Assembly (NCBI GenBank): GCA_021157685.1
Contig: JAGGWF010000095.1
Span: 1-37,268 of the forward strand
Source: Planctomycetota bacterium
GTDB taxonomy: Bacteria; Planctomycetota; Phycisphaerae; Sedimentisphaerales; Anaerohalosphaeraceae
Reading direction: 5' to 3'
Length of the DNA: 37,268 nucleotides
The translations under genes and the position numbers were made by a program. The notes below the pieces were generated by a model. The model saw only the letters and a list, made by a program, of their open reading frames with translations. It was not told the DNA's origin and searched no databases. Within the stretch, counting starts at the first letter, position 1; every line of letters begins with the position of its first letter. This document shows, one piece after another, positions 11,936-21,219 of this stretch.

Positions 11936-13021
11936 TTGAATCATGACACCTATCGAAGGATTGTTTCCGGGCAGGATCAGCGTCCCGGGGTGAGAGCTTT
12001 GCGAGTCCTGTTCGGTGCGGCGGCTCTGGTATATGGGCTGGTTATGCGCGGGCGGAATCTGTTATTTGCTATCGGCATTCTCCGCTCTCGTGCAGCGGGC
12101 GTCCCCGTCATCAGCATTGGCAATATCACCACCGGCGGCACAGGGAAAACGCCACTGGTGATCTGGCTGTGCAATTATCTGCGGAATATGGGCATACACA
12201 GTTCGATTTTGACACGCGGCTATAAAACCCACCCGGATCAGATCACCGATGAACCCGCCCTGCTGGCGAAGGCCTGTCCCGACACCGATGTTGTCGTCAA
12301 TCCCAATCGCGTCGCCGGGGCGAAGAAAGCCATCTCCGTTCATCAAGCGCAGACGCTGGTTTTGGACGACGGGTTTCAACACCGACGACTCAAACGCGAT
12401 CTGGATATTGTCGCTGTTGACGCGACCTGTCCATTTGGTTATGGGCGTGTTCTGCCCGCCGGGTTGCTGCGGGAACCGAAAAGCGGATTATCCCGTGCCG
12501 ATGCAGTCATTATTACGCGCTTTGACCAGGCCGATGCGGAGCAAATGCGGCAGTTGGAAGAGAAAATTCAACAGATTTCACCCAACATTCCCATTGCCAA
12601 GGCCGTTCATAAGCATACCGGTGCAGTAACTTTTCAAAATGAGAAACTCGGCCTGGAAGAACTTCGTTCCAAAAAGATTTTCGCGTTCTGCGGCATTGGA
12701 AACCCAAACGCCTTTTTCCGCTGCCTTGAGCAAAATGATCTGTCTTTGGCAGACACCCAAACCTTTGACGACCATCACACCTACACGCAGGAAGAGATGA
12801 AGCAGATTTTTGAAAGGGCAATCTCCTGCGGGGCCGAAATGATTTTGTGTACGCAAAAAGACTGGGTCAAAAGCGCCCTGCTGTCGCCGGAGGAAAAGAA
12901 TGTCGTTTTTGCCTATCTGGCAATGGAACTGGACTTTCTCGAGGGACTTGATAAAATAACGGCCTTAATTGACAATCTATTTGCTGACAAATCAGAAAAA
13001 AACGAAACGACAAGTGAATGA
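11936..13021 (+). CDS. lpxK: Tetraacyldisaccharide 4'-kinase
   Basis: P-loop context VISIGNITTGGTGKTPLVIWL. It has a TTG start (uncertain). Its stop overlaps the hldE start as ATGA. Confidence 0.9.
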   Translation: MNHDTYRRIVSGQDQRPGVRALRVLFGAAALVYGLVMRGRNLLFAIGILRSRAAGVPVISIGNITTGGTGKTPLVIWLCNYLRNMGIHSSILTRGYKTHPDQITDEPALLAKACPDTDVVVNPNRVAGAKKAISVHQAQTLVLDDGFQHRRLKRDLDIVAVDATCPFGYGRVLPAGLLREPKSGLSRADAVIITRFDQADAEQMRQLEEKIQQISPNIPIAKAVHKHTGAVTFQNEKLGLEELRSKKIFAFCGIGNPNAFFRCLEQNDLSLADTQTFDDHHTYTQEEMKQIFERAISCGAEMILCTQKDWVKSALLSPEEKNVVFAYLAMELDFLEGLDKITALIDNLFADKSEKNETTSE

Positions 13022-14520
13022 GTTATACGAATCTATTAAAAGTTATTACGCACCTTGGTTCGCCAAAAGTACTGCTGGTAGGCGACTTTATGCTGGACAG
13101 TTATATCTACGGGGATGCCCTGCGAATCAGCCCGGAAGCCCCGGTGCAGGTGCTAAAAGTCGTGCAACGAGAATACGCTGGTGGCGGCGCATCATCTGTT
13201 GCCGCCGATGTAACGACACTGGGGGCACAGTGCTTTTGTATCGGCGTTGTCGGCAATGACATGAACGCCCAAAAACTAATGGACATCCTGAAACACCTTG
13301 ATGCCGAAACAGGAGGCATCATCGAAATCGAAGGACGCCCCACCATCACCAAAGAGCGGATTGTCGGCCTGGCACAGCATCGCCATCGTCAACAGCTTTT
13401 GCGTGTGGACGATGAATGCGACGACCCACTAGCAGAGGCAGACTATCAGCGGCTGTTGAAAATCTATGAAGAACAGTTACCGCAATGTGATGTCGTCTGC
13501 CTTCAGGATTATAACAAGGGGCTTTTGGAACCGGCCTTTTGTCAGCAATTGATTACGCTGGCTCGAAAAGCAGGCAAAAAAATACTCGTCGATCCGCCGG
13601 TGGATTCGGATTACAATAAGTTTTCCGGTGCAACCCTGATCACGCCCAACCGTAAGGAAACCTCCTATGCGGTGGGCTTTGAGATCGAAACAATCGCCGA
13701 TGCGGAGAAAGCATCCCTGCAACTTCAAGAGCAGTTAAAACTAGACACGGTGGTCATTACACTGGATACAGAAGGCGCCTATCTGCGAACAAACGAGCTG
13801 GCCAAACAATTGGCGATCCTGCCACGGACGGTCTATGATGTGACCGGCGCCGGGGATATGATGCTGGCCATGCTGGCGGTATCACTTGCGGCCGGACAGG
13901 ATGCCGAAACTGCGCTTCAATTGGCCAATATCGCCAGCGGCCTTGAGGTTGAAAAGTTCGGTGTTGCCACCGTCAGTGTTGATGAGATCGTCAATGAGAT
14001 CATCTCAACGCATAAGGGAAAAACCGGAAAAATTTATGACGCCAAAGAACTTGTTAAGCATCTGGACTACCACCGGCAGCAAAAAGAAACTATCATTTTT
14101 ACCAACGGCTGTTTTGATGTCCTGCATCGAGGACATATTGAATATCTTCAATTTTGCAAGAATCAGGGCAACATTGTCGTTTTGGGACTCAACAGCGATA
14201 GCTCCGTCCGACAACTCAAAGGCCCTGATCGACCGGTCAATAACCAGCACGATCGGGCTGCGGTGTTAACGGCAATGGAAAGTATCGATTACATCACGAT
14301 CTTTGACGAACCGGACCCGCTTAATCTTATCCAACAGGTTCGCCCGGATGTTCTGGTCAAGGGTACTGACTGGGGTGACAAGGGCGTCGTCGGCAGAGAA
14401 TTTGTCGAGTCCTATGGCGGGCGTGTGGAACTGGCCCCGCTGGTGGACGGCAAGAGTTCAACCGCAACAATCGAAAAGATCAAACAGATTGAAGAAAAAA
14501 AGATCGCGAAGGATAAATAA
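13018..14520 (+). CDS. hldE: Bifunctional D-beta-D-heptose 7-phosphate kinase / D-beta-D-heptose 1-phosphate adenylyltransferase
   Basis: N-terminal ribokinase-like domain (VTGAGDMMLA) plus a C-terminal cytidylyltransferase-like domain (FTNGCFDVLHRGHIEYL); 500 aa. Confidence 0.93.
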   Translation: MSYTNLLKVITHLGSPKVLLVGDFMLDSYIYGDALRISPEAPVQVLKVVQREYAGGGASSVAADVTTLGAQCFCIGVVGNDMNAQKLMDILKHLDAETGGIIEIEGRPTITKERIVGLAQHRHRQQLLRVDDECDDPLAEADYQRLLKIYEEQLPQCDVVCLQDYNKGLLEPAFCQQLITLARKAGKKILVDPPVDSDYNKFSGATLITPNRKETSYAVGFEIETIADAEKASLQLQEQLKLDTVVITLDTEGAYLRTNELAKQLAILPRTVYDVTGAGDMMLAMLAVSLAAGQDAETALQLANIASGLEVEKFGVATVSVDEIVNEIISTHKGKTGKIYDAKELVKHLDYHRQQKETIIFTNGCFDVLHRGHIEYLQFCKNQGNIVVLGLNSDSSVRQLKGPDRPVNNQHDRAAVLTAMESIDYITIFDEPDPLNLIQQVRPDVLVKGTDWGDKGVVGREFVESYGGRVELAPLVDGKSSTATIEKIKQIEEKKIAKDK

Positions 14521-15680
14521 TGGCTCAGAAAGCAGTCTTCTTTGATCGTGACGATACCCTGATCAGCGATTCCGGCTATATGCAGCGCCCCGAACAGGTA
14601 AACCTGCTGCCGGGCGTACCGGAGACTTTGATCCAGTTAAAAAAAATGGGCTATCTGCTGGTGGTCGTTACAAACCAGTCCGGTATCGCACGGGGCTTTC
14701 TGACAGAAGATGACCTGGACAAAATCCATCAGGAGTTCAAAAGACAGCTCGCCGCCGAAAACGCCGTGATCGATGGGCTTTACTACTGTCCCTATCACCC
14801 AGATGGAGCGGTACAGAATTTCAGTATCGAGAGCAATCTGAGAAAACCAAATGCCGGAATGTTTTTTCAGGCCGAAAAAGACCTCGATATTGACTTGACA
14901 CAATCCTGGATGATCGGCGATTCGTATCGGGATATCCAGGCGGGCAAAGCCGCCGGCTGCCATACGATCCTTGTCGATATACCCAGCAAGATTCGCGAGA
15001 AAAAGCCAACCGATGCGGAACCGGACCGAAAGGCCGTTAACCTGCGCGAAGCCGTCAATATCATTCGGATGCATGAATTCCATCAAAAGGCGCTGACCGC
15101 AAAAAAAATATCCAAACAGCCCCAAAGCCAGAGCATGGAAGAGTCCGACGAGTCATCCGAATCGGAACCAGCAGACGCGGCTGTCTCTGATAATCCGGAA
15201 ACAATTGCCTCGATCAGTCCGCCGCAGACACAAACCGAAGAGGCCACTGAGGAAACACCGACAATGCCGCCGGTTACTGCTGAAGCGGAGCCGAACACTG
15301 AAAAAACAGCGACCGAGGATGTATTGGTAAAGGAACCTCAGTCAGTCAACCTGGAACCAGCCAAGGCCTATACGGCTAAAAGCCCGGACCGCACTGAAAC
15401 ACCGCAACACACCGATTCCGGCAGTGAAACGTACCATCTTCTTGAGGAAATTGCCCTTCGGCTAAAACGCAAAGATCGAGAGGGGTTGTATCAGGAATTC
15501 TCTGTTTTCAAATTACTGTCACTGATGATTCAGGTCGTCGCCGTCTTTGCCCTGATCATCAGTCTGTGTTTTTGGCTCAATCCGAAAGCCGGCGGCGAAC
15601 CGGTTGTGATTATGATTGGCTACTCTGTCGCCTTGCAACTCATTGTAATCGCTTTGCTGATGATGCACTCAAGGGATTAA
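14520..15680 (+). CDS. gmhB: D,D-heptose 1,7-bisphosphate phosphatase (HAD) fused to an acidic linker and a C-terminal two-helix membrane anchor
   Basis: HAD motifs FFDRDDTL, VVVTNQSGIARG and GDSYRDIQAG sit in residues 1-~185. A Glu/Thr/Pro/Ser-rich stretch follows, then two hydrophobic helices (LLSLMIQVVAVFALIISLCFW and VVIMIGYSVALQLIVIALLMM). The start overlaps the hldE stop (TAATG). Confidence 0.8.
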   Translation: MAQKAVFFDRDDTLISDSGYMQRPEQVNLLPGVPETLIQLKKMGYLLVVVTNQSGIARGFLTEDDLDKIHQEFKRQLAAENAVIDGLYYCPYHPDGAVQNFSIESNLRKPNAGMFFQAEKDLDIDLTQSWMIGDSYRDIQAGKAAGCHTILVDIPSKIREKKPTDAEPDRKAVNLREAVNIIRMHEFHQKALTAKKISKQPQSQSMEESDESSESEPADAAVSDNPETIASISPPQTQTEEATEETPTMPPVTAEAEPNTEKTATEDVLVKEPQSVNLEPAKAYTAKSPDRTETPQHTDSGSETYHLLEEIALRLKRKDREGLYQEFSVFKLLSLMIQVVAVFALIISLCFWLNPKAGGEPVVIMIGYSVALQLIVIALLMMHSRD

Positions 15681-15696
15681 AGGGTTAGGATTGACG

Positions 15697-16725
15697 ATGA
15701 CTTCGCAACGGGTTTTAATCTGGCTTCCTTCACCACTGGGTGATGCTATTATGGCAACGCCGGCGTTGCGCGGATTCCGTTCACTCTTTCAGGATGCGTC
15801 TATTACATTCCTCGGCTCCGCTTTTACCAAGCAGGTTCTTTCGCCGAGTCCGTTTTGCGATGATTGGATCAATCTTGAAAAAAGTTTTTGGAAAAATATC
15901 CAACAGATTAAAGCGGGACATTTTGATACGGCCATTACCTTGAAAAATTCATTTGGCTCGGCATTATCCCTTCGGCTCGCCGGAATTAACCGCCGGGTTG
16001 GTTATACTCGTGAGGGACGATCCTTGCTCCTGACAGACCGCATCGCACCCAAGCGTACGGAGAAGGGACGCTTTCAACCGGCTCCGATGATTGATTATTA
16101 TCTAAAAATCGCCGAGCATTTAGGCAATTGTACCGACAACAAAAAAACGGAACTCTCTGTTCGCCCCGAAGACACGGAAGTAGTGTTGGAAATACTGCCG
16201 CAACTGAAATCGCTGACCGAACCGCTTGTGATCATCGTACCCGGTGGGGCATTCGGTCCCAGCAAACTCTGGCCGATTGAGCGGTATGCCGAACTGGCCG
16301 ACACACTCTATGATGTCTGCGGCGCAACAGTTATCATTTCGGTCTCTCCGGCCAAAGAAGAATGCTTAATCGCAGAATCAATCTGCCATCAGGCAACTTC
16401 TGAACCTATCAATTTAGGAATGACCTCCTTAAACGGCGGTCAACTGAAAGCATTATATTCACTGGCCGATCTGGTCATCACCAATGATACCGGGCCGCGG
16501 CATATCGCCATCGCACTGGACAAAGACATCATCACGCTATTCGGCCCGAACAATCCGAAATGGACACAAACTGCCCACGATAAAGAAATCCAGATTATCG
16601 GCCAAGCACCGTGTGTGCCCTGCGATAAACCCGTTTGCAAACAAAGCCAACACTTGTGTATGGAGTCGATTACAGTCAATGAGATTTTTGAAACGGCGGA
16701 AAAAATATTGGGGAGCAAGCACTAA
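15697..16725 (+). CDS. LPS heptosyltransferase (glycosyltransferase family 9)
   Basis: SPLGDAIMATPALRGF and ITNDTGPRHIA motifs. ATG 15697 behind AGGA is preferred over the track TTG at 15691. Confidence 0.85.
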   Translation: MTSQRVLIWLPSPLGDAIMATPALRGFRSLFQDASITFLGSAFTKQVLSPSPFCDDWINLEKSFWKNIQQIKAGHFDTAITLKNSFGSALSLRLAGINRRVGYTREGRSLLLTDRIAPKRTEKGRFQPAPMIDYYLKIAEHLGNCTDNKKTELSVRPEDTEVVLEILPQLKSLTEPLVIIVPGGAFGPSKLWPIERYAELADTLYDVCGATVIISVSPAKEECLIAESICHQATSEPINLGMTSLNGGQLKALYSLADLVITNDTGPRHIAIALDKDIITLFGPNNPKWTQTAHDKEIQIIGQAPCVPCDKPVCKQSQHLCMESITVNEIFETAEKILGSKH

Positions 16726-16727
16726 AT

Positions 16728-17594
16728 ATGGACCAACCTTTCCTACAACCTGTTAGCGGCTTTTTTGTTAACCCGCAGTACCAGCAGACGCTCAAAGAGG
16801 CGGGATTGAATTCTCTCGATGCTGTTTTTGCCTATGAGCAAGGCCAACGACTGACGAAATCCAATCTGGCTTCGTGGCGGCATCGTGTTCGCTTACAATT
16901 GCCGGACGGCCAAATAGCTTATTTAAAGCGTTATTCTGCCCCCCCGCCATCCGTCCAGATCAAAAGTTGGCTGCAACACGGCCACCGGGGCTTTCTAAGC
17001 GAGTACGACAAGGGACCGCTGAACGAACTCAAAAAAGCTGATGTCTCGATTCCGCAGGTGATCGCCTATGGGGGGCGATGGGCCGGTTTGTTTGAAAAAC
17101 GCAGTTTTATTATCACACTTGAAATCCCAAACGCTCATTCACTTGAAACCCAGTTGCCGGATTGTTTTGAGAAATCTGTGTCCAACCTGCCTAAAAGAGA
17201 TTTTATCCTGAAATTAGCCGACTTTATTCACCGATTTCACAAGACCGGATACCGACATCGCGATTTGTATCTGTGCCATATCTTTCTGTCCGAAAATACA
17301 ACGCTGTACCTAATCGATCTGCATCGAACCTTTAAGCCAAACCTGACAGGCAAACGCTACCAAGTCAAGGATCTTGCGCAACTTCACTATTCGAGTCCCG
17401 CTGAGGGGGTCTCCGATACGGACCGCCTTCGTTTTTATCTTGAGTACACCCAAAAGAAAAAACTCTCATTTTCGGACAAGGTGTTTCTTCGCAAAATCCA
17501 TGCTAAGGCCCTGCATATTGCCCGACACGATAGAAAACACGGGCGAGTCGTTCCGTTTGAGAAACGCTCCGGTAAGAACACAACACCATGCTGA
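16728..17594 (+). CDS. Lipopolysaccharide kinase family protein (InaA/WaaP/Kdo-kinase-like)
   Basis: Kinase catalytic loop YRHRDLYLCHIFL and LIDLHR. It lies inside the LPS core cluster, 2 nt after the GT9 stop. Confidence 0.75.
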   Translation: MDQPFLQPVSGFFVNPQYQQTLKEAGLNSLDAVFAYEQGQRLTKSNLASWRHRVRLQLPDGQIAYLKRYSAPPPSVQIKSWLQHGHRGFLSEYDKGPLNELKKADVSIPQVIAYGGRWAGLFEKRSFIITLEIPNAHSLETQLPDCFEKSVSNLPKRDFILKLADFIHRFHKTGYRHRDLYLCHIFLSENTTLYLIDLHRTFKPNLTGKRYQVKDLAQLHYSSPAEGVSDTDRLRFYLEYTQKKKLSFSDKVFLRKIHAKALHIARHDRKHGRVVPFEKRSGKNTTPC

Positions 17595-18763
17595 AAGTTG
17601 CAATTATTATAGAACGGGCTGAAATCGGTCTTGGCGGAGCGGAACGATCCGTTTCAGAGCTAACGGCTGAATTGCGCGATCAAGGCACGGAGGCAACTAT
17701 TCTAGCCGCCAAGGGAACGAGAACAGAAAACACACAAGTACTTTGCAATCTCCTGAGAGGTAAGCGAACTTCGTTGAAGTTTTTCGAGAACGCCCTTGGG
17801 GAACACTTACAACAGAATCACTACGACATCATTCATAGCACCCTGCCACTATCCATCGCGGATATTTACCAACCCCGCGGCGGCAGTTACAAAGAAGCGG
17901 TGCTGCGAAATATTGCGTCGTACCCGTATTCTTTGCAGCGATGCATAAAGCAATGGACGCATCGTCTGAATACTCGCAGGACTGAATATATCAACGCCGA
18001 GAAGCGGCTTTGCTCTAATGACAACAAAACCGTTGTCGCCGCGCTGAGCAACACCGTCAGACAGCAATTCCAAAAACACTATCAACTCCCGGATAACCGT
18101 ATCGCGGTCATTCCAAACGCAATCAACATACAGTTACAACCGGATGAAGGAGCGGCGACGGAACTAAAAGAGTCTATCTATAACTCCATTTCAATTCCAA
18201 GAGATAAAAAGCCGGTCCTGTTTCTGTTTGCGGCAACGAATCCAAGGTTAAAAGGCCTTCGTCCGCTGCTCTGGGCATTCAGAAAGATAACGGAAAACAC
18301 TGATGCCTATCCTGTACTGGTTATTGCAGGCGCAAAGGAACTGGGCTCCTATCACAGATTAATCAAACTATTTAGGCTGGGAAATCATGTTGTTTCGCTG
18401 GGAAAATTGAAGGGGGTACGAAATGCTCTTTCTATCTGTGATGCAGCGGTTCTGCCAAGCTATTACGACCCCTGTTCGCGATTTATATTGGAAGCCATTG
18501 CGGCGGGAAAACCGGTCATCACGACGCGCTACAACGGAGCATCGGAACGCTATGAGCATCTTCGACACGGATTTGTCCTCAATGAGCCAGATAATATCGA
18601 TGATTTAACAAACGCTTTGATGCATTTCTGTAACAGTGAGAAATTGGAGCTTGCTCATAACACTATCATTGAGGATAATCTCAGAGATGAAGTCTCTATT
18701 AAAAGACATGCTGAGAAACTAATCGAACTTTACAACAAGATTATTGCCGAAAAGAAACCTTAG
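17588..18763 (+). CDS. Glycosyltransferase family 4 (RfaG-like)
   Basis: GT-B C-terminal motif PSYYDPCSRFILEAIAAGKPVITT. It overlaps the kinase stop by 7 nt. Confidence 0.8.
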   Translation: MLKVAIIIERAEIGLGGAERSVSELTAELRDQGTEATILAAKGTRTENTQVLCNLLRGKRTSLKFFENALGEHLQQNHYDIIHSTLPLSIADIYQPRGGSYKEAVLRNIASYPYSLQRCIKQWTHRLNTRRTEYINAEKRLCSNDNKTVVAALSNTVRQQFQKHYQLPDNRIAVIPNAINIQLQPDEGAATELKESIYNSISIPRDKKPVLFLFAATNPRLKGLRPLLWAFRKITENTDAYPVLVIAGAKELGSYHRLIKLFRLGNHVVSLGKLKGVRNALSICDAAVLPSYYDPCSRFILEAIAAGKPVITTRYNGASERYEHLRHGFVLNEPDNIDDLTNALMHFCNSEKLELAHNTIIEDNLRDEVSIKRHAEKLIELYNKIIAEKKP

Positions 18764-18769
18764 AAAGCC

Positions 18770-19438
18770 ATGCAATTTCTAACCCTGATACTATTTGCCT
18801 ATCTGCTTGGATCGATTCCATTCGGATTTATGATCGCAAAGGCCCATGGTAAAGACCTGCGACTGATCGGGTCGGGCAATATCGGCGCTACAAACGCAAC
18901 CCGCGCATTGGGTAAAAAATGGGGGTATCTGTGCCTTCTGCTGGATGTGCTGAAGGGATTGATCCCGATGCTGTTGGTACCTATGCTGAACCTTGTCGAT
19001 TCGCAAACCGCAAGTCCCGGCAGACTGGCCCTGTGGCTGCTGGTGGGTTGTGCAGCGGTGCTGGGGCATGTCTTTCCGATTTATCTGAAATTCAAAGGCG
19101 GCAAAGGCGTTGCCACCAGTTTGGGGATCGTACTGGGATTGTGGCCCTACTACACACTTTGTGGGATCGGGGTATTTGCAATCTGGGGTGTCACGCTTTT
19201 GATCTGGCGAACCGTATCACTGTCGTCCATCCTCGCGGCAATCAGTTTCCCCGTGCTTTTGCTGCTAGCTATTCTTGTCCACGATGAACCCTGGGATTTT
19301 GTACAGTTGTGGCCACTGTTGTTTATGTCTGTTCTGATGGCGTTACTAGTCGTCGCCCGCCACACCGAAAATATTAAACGCCTGCTGAACGGTTCTGAGT
19401 CAAAAATCATGCAGACAAAAAACTCGACCAATGCCTAA
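18770..19438 (+). CDS. plsY: Glycerol-3-phosphate acyltransferase PlsY
   Basis: LLGSIPFGFMIAKAHGKDLRLIGSGNIGATNATRALG. It is a multi-pass membrane protein of 222 aa. Confidence 0.93.
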   Translation: MQFLTLILFAYLLGSIPFGFMIAKAHGKDLRLIGSGNIGATNATRALGKKWGYLCLLLDVLKGLIPMLLVPMLNLVDSQTASPGRLALWLLVGCAAVLGHVFPIYLKFKGGKGVATSLGIVLGLWPYYTLCGIGVFAIWGVTLLIWRTVSLSSILAAISFPVLLLLAILVHDEPWDFVQLWPLLFMSVLMALLVVARHTENIKRLLNGSESKIMQTKNSTNA

Positions 19439-19661
19439 CCCTCCCCCTTGGTCCTCTATCGCAGTTCCTTCATTGCCTTCCGGAACACATCGTATTTCAG
19501 TAATTGGTCTTTTACATACAAAATCCTCGCACAGGTAAACCGTAACTTTCCCTTCTATCGGCTCATGTGCTTTCACTATTGCTGCAATTTGATCCAGTTT
19601 ATCAGCATTTGTTTCCGGATCCCTGACTAACACAACCGTTCTTGGGAGAAATTGCCCCTGA
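19400..19661 (-). pseudogene. C-terminal remnant (~85 aa) of a YyaL/DUF255-type thioredoxin-domain protein, truncated by the IS66-family element
   Basis: FLPRTVVLVRDP...GKVTVYLCEDFVCKRPITE matches the conserved C-terminal end of that family. The recognisable sequence starts exactly at the proposed IS boundary. The leading MHFAATVAGG... of the track ORF is IS sequence. Confidence 0.6.
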
Positions 19662-21215
19662 ATGTTTTTGAGGATTTTCTGTGTTTGTGTGGACTGAATT
19701 CCCCCGGCAACTGTTGCAGCAAAATGCACAACAGGCCGAACAGATTCGGTGTCTCACAGAGCAGAATCAAAAGCTTACCGAAGACAACCAAAAGCTTCGC
19801 GAACGCATTGCCCGGCTGGAAAAGAATTCTTCGAACTCATCGAAGCCTCCGTCCTCTGATATCATTAACCCACAGCCTCCTAATGCCAAAAAGAAGAAGC
19901 GAAGAATCGGGGGTCAAAAAGGACATCCCAAACACACCCGTCCACTGTTCGAAACTGACGACATTGACAAAACGGTCATCCATAAGTTGCCCGCCAAAGA
20001 AGTCCGTCGCCGCGGTCTGATTCCACTGCAGCAAACCGAGTCGGCACTTCAGCAGATTGATCTGCCCGAGAAATTCTATACTGTTATCGATCATCGTGTC
20101 CAATTATACCGTGCTCCCAACGGGACCCTCATCAAAGCAACGCTGCCAAAAGAGATTCGCAAGGCAGGGTTGTTTTCGACCCGGATGACGGCATTGACCG
20201 GCTATCTCAAAGCACGCTGTCATATGAGCTATTCAACGGTACAGTCCTTTTTCGATGACATTATGGACCTTGACATTAGCCAGGGATATCTTTCAAAAAT
20301 ATGTACCCAAAAGCTCTCATGTGCCTTACAGCCGGCGTATGCCGAAGTGGGACAGCGTATTCGTAATGCTCCCATTGTCGGCACGGACGAAACAGGACAT
20401 AAGAATCCAGCCTATAAATCAGCATGGACGTGGTGTCAGCAAATACCAGAGGCCGTGTTCTTTTATATCAGCGACTCACGAGCCTCACAAGTGCTTATCA
20501 ACATTCTGGGTATCGACTACTGCGGTATCATCATTTGCGAGTATTTCTCTGCCAACAAGAAATTTATCAAGTCGAGCAAGGCACTCGTTCAATACTGCTG
20601 GGCTCATCTGATTCGTGACATCAAGTTCTTGCTGACACTGGGCCATAAAACGCTTAAACGATGGGCTGAAGGGTTGTTGAAAGTTTTGCGAAAAATCTTC
20701 GAATTATGGAAAACACGTTATCGGCGTCATCAGGGGCGTTACGAAAAGGCGATAGCGAAGCTGAAGAAAGCATTCCTGCGAAAGGTTCGTCGTCCACCGA
20801 GTCATAATGAGGCCGTCAATATCAAAAAGCGATTTATTGACGGCGTTGACAAATGTCACTTTTTATTTTTAGAGCGAGAAGGCGTCAACCCAACGAACAA
20901 TCTCAGTGAGCAGGCGATACGATTTGTTGTGATTGATAGACGCATCACACAGGGCACACGCAGTTGGGCCGGTATGCGCTGGTGCAAGCGGGCCTGGACA
21001 GTTGTCGCCACGTGTGCCAGGCATAAACGCAGCGTCTACAAATTCTTCTTAGACGCTCTAAATGCTCCCACGCGGGTACCACATACCCAAAACTCATCCC
21101 CACAAAACTGTGAACGGATACCTCATCCACAGGTATACACCTTGTGAAGCTATGTGTCAATTTCCTTTTTATATGAATTCGGCGGACAATGTTCGTCTGA
21201 AAATCAGAAAAACAT
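19662..21215 (+). mobile_element. IS66-family insertion sequence, single-ORF type
   Basis: The transposase ORF is flanked by an imperfect terminal inverted repeat. The left end is ATGTTTTTGAGGATTTTCTG (19662-19681). The right end is CTGAAAATCAGAAAAACAT (21197-21215), about 16 of 20 positions matching with one gap. I saw no matching 8-bp target duplication. Confidence 0.65.
19681..21147 (+). CDS. IS66-family transposase
   Basis: N-terminal coiled coil LTEQNQKLTEDNQKLRERIARLEK, then SSKPPSSD, GGQKGH, GTDETGHK and CWAHLIRDIKF, all typical IS66 motifs. GTG start. No TnpA/TnpB accessory ORFs are present. Confidence 0.85.
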   Translation: MFVWTEFPRQLLQQNAQQAEQIRCLTEQNQKLTEDNQKLRERIARLEKNSSNSSKPPSSDIINPQPPNAKKKKRRIGGQKGHPKHTRPLFETDDIDKTVIHKLPAKEVRRRGLIPLQQTESALQQIDLPEKFYTVIDHRVQLYRAPNGTLIKATLPKEIRKAGLFSTRMTALTGYLKARCHMSYSTVQSFFDDIMDLDISQGYLSKICTQKLSCALQPAYAEVGQRIRNAPIVGTDETGHKNPAYKSAWTWCQQIPEAVFFYISDSRASQVLINILGIDYCGIIICEYFSANKKFIKSSKALVQYCWAHLIRDIKFLLTLGHKTLKRWAEGLLKVLRKIFELWKTRYRRHQGRYEKAIAKLKKAFLRKVRRPPSHNEAVNIKKRFIDGVDKCHFLFLEREGVNPTNNLSEQAIRFVVIDRRITQGTRSWAGMRWCKRAWTVVATCARHKRSVYKFFLDALNAPTRVPHTQNSSPQNCERIPHPQVYTL

Positions 21216-21219
21216 GAGT

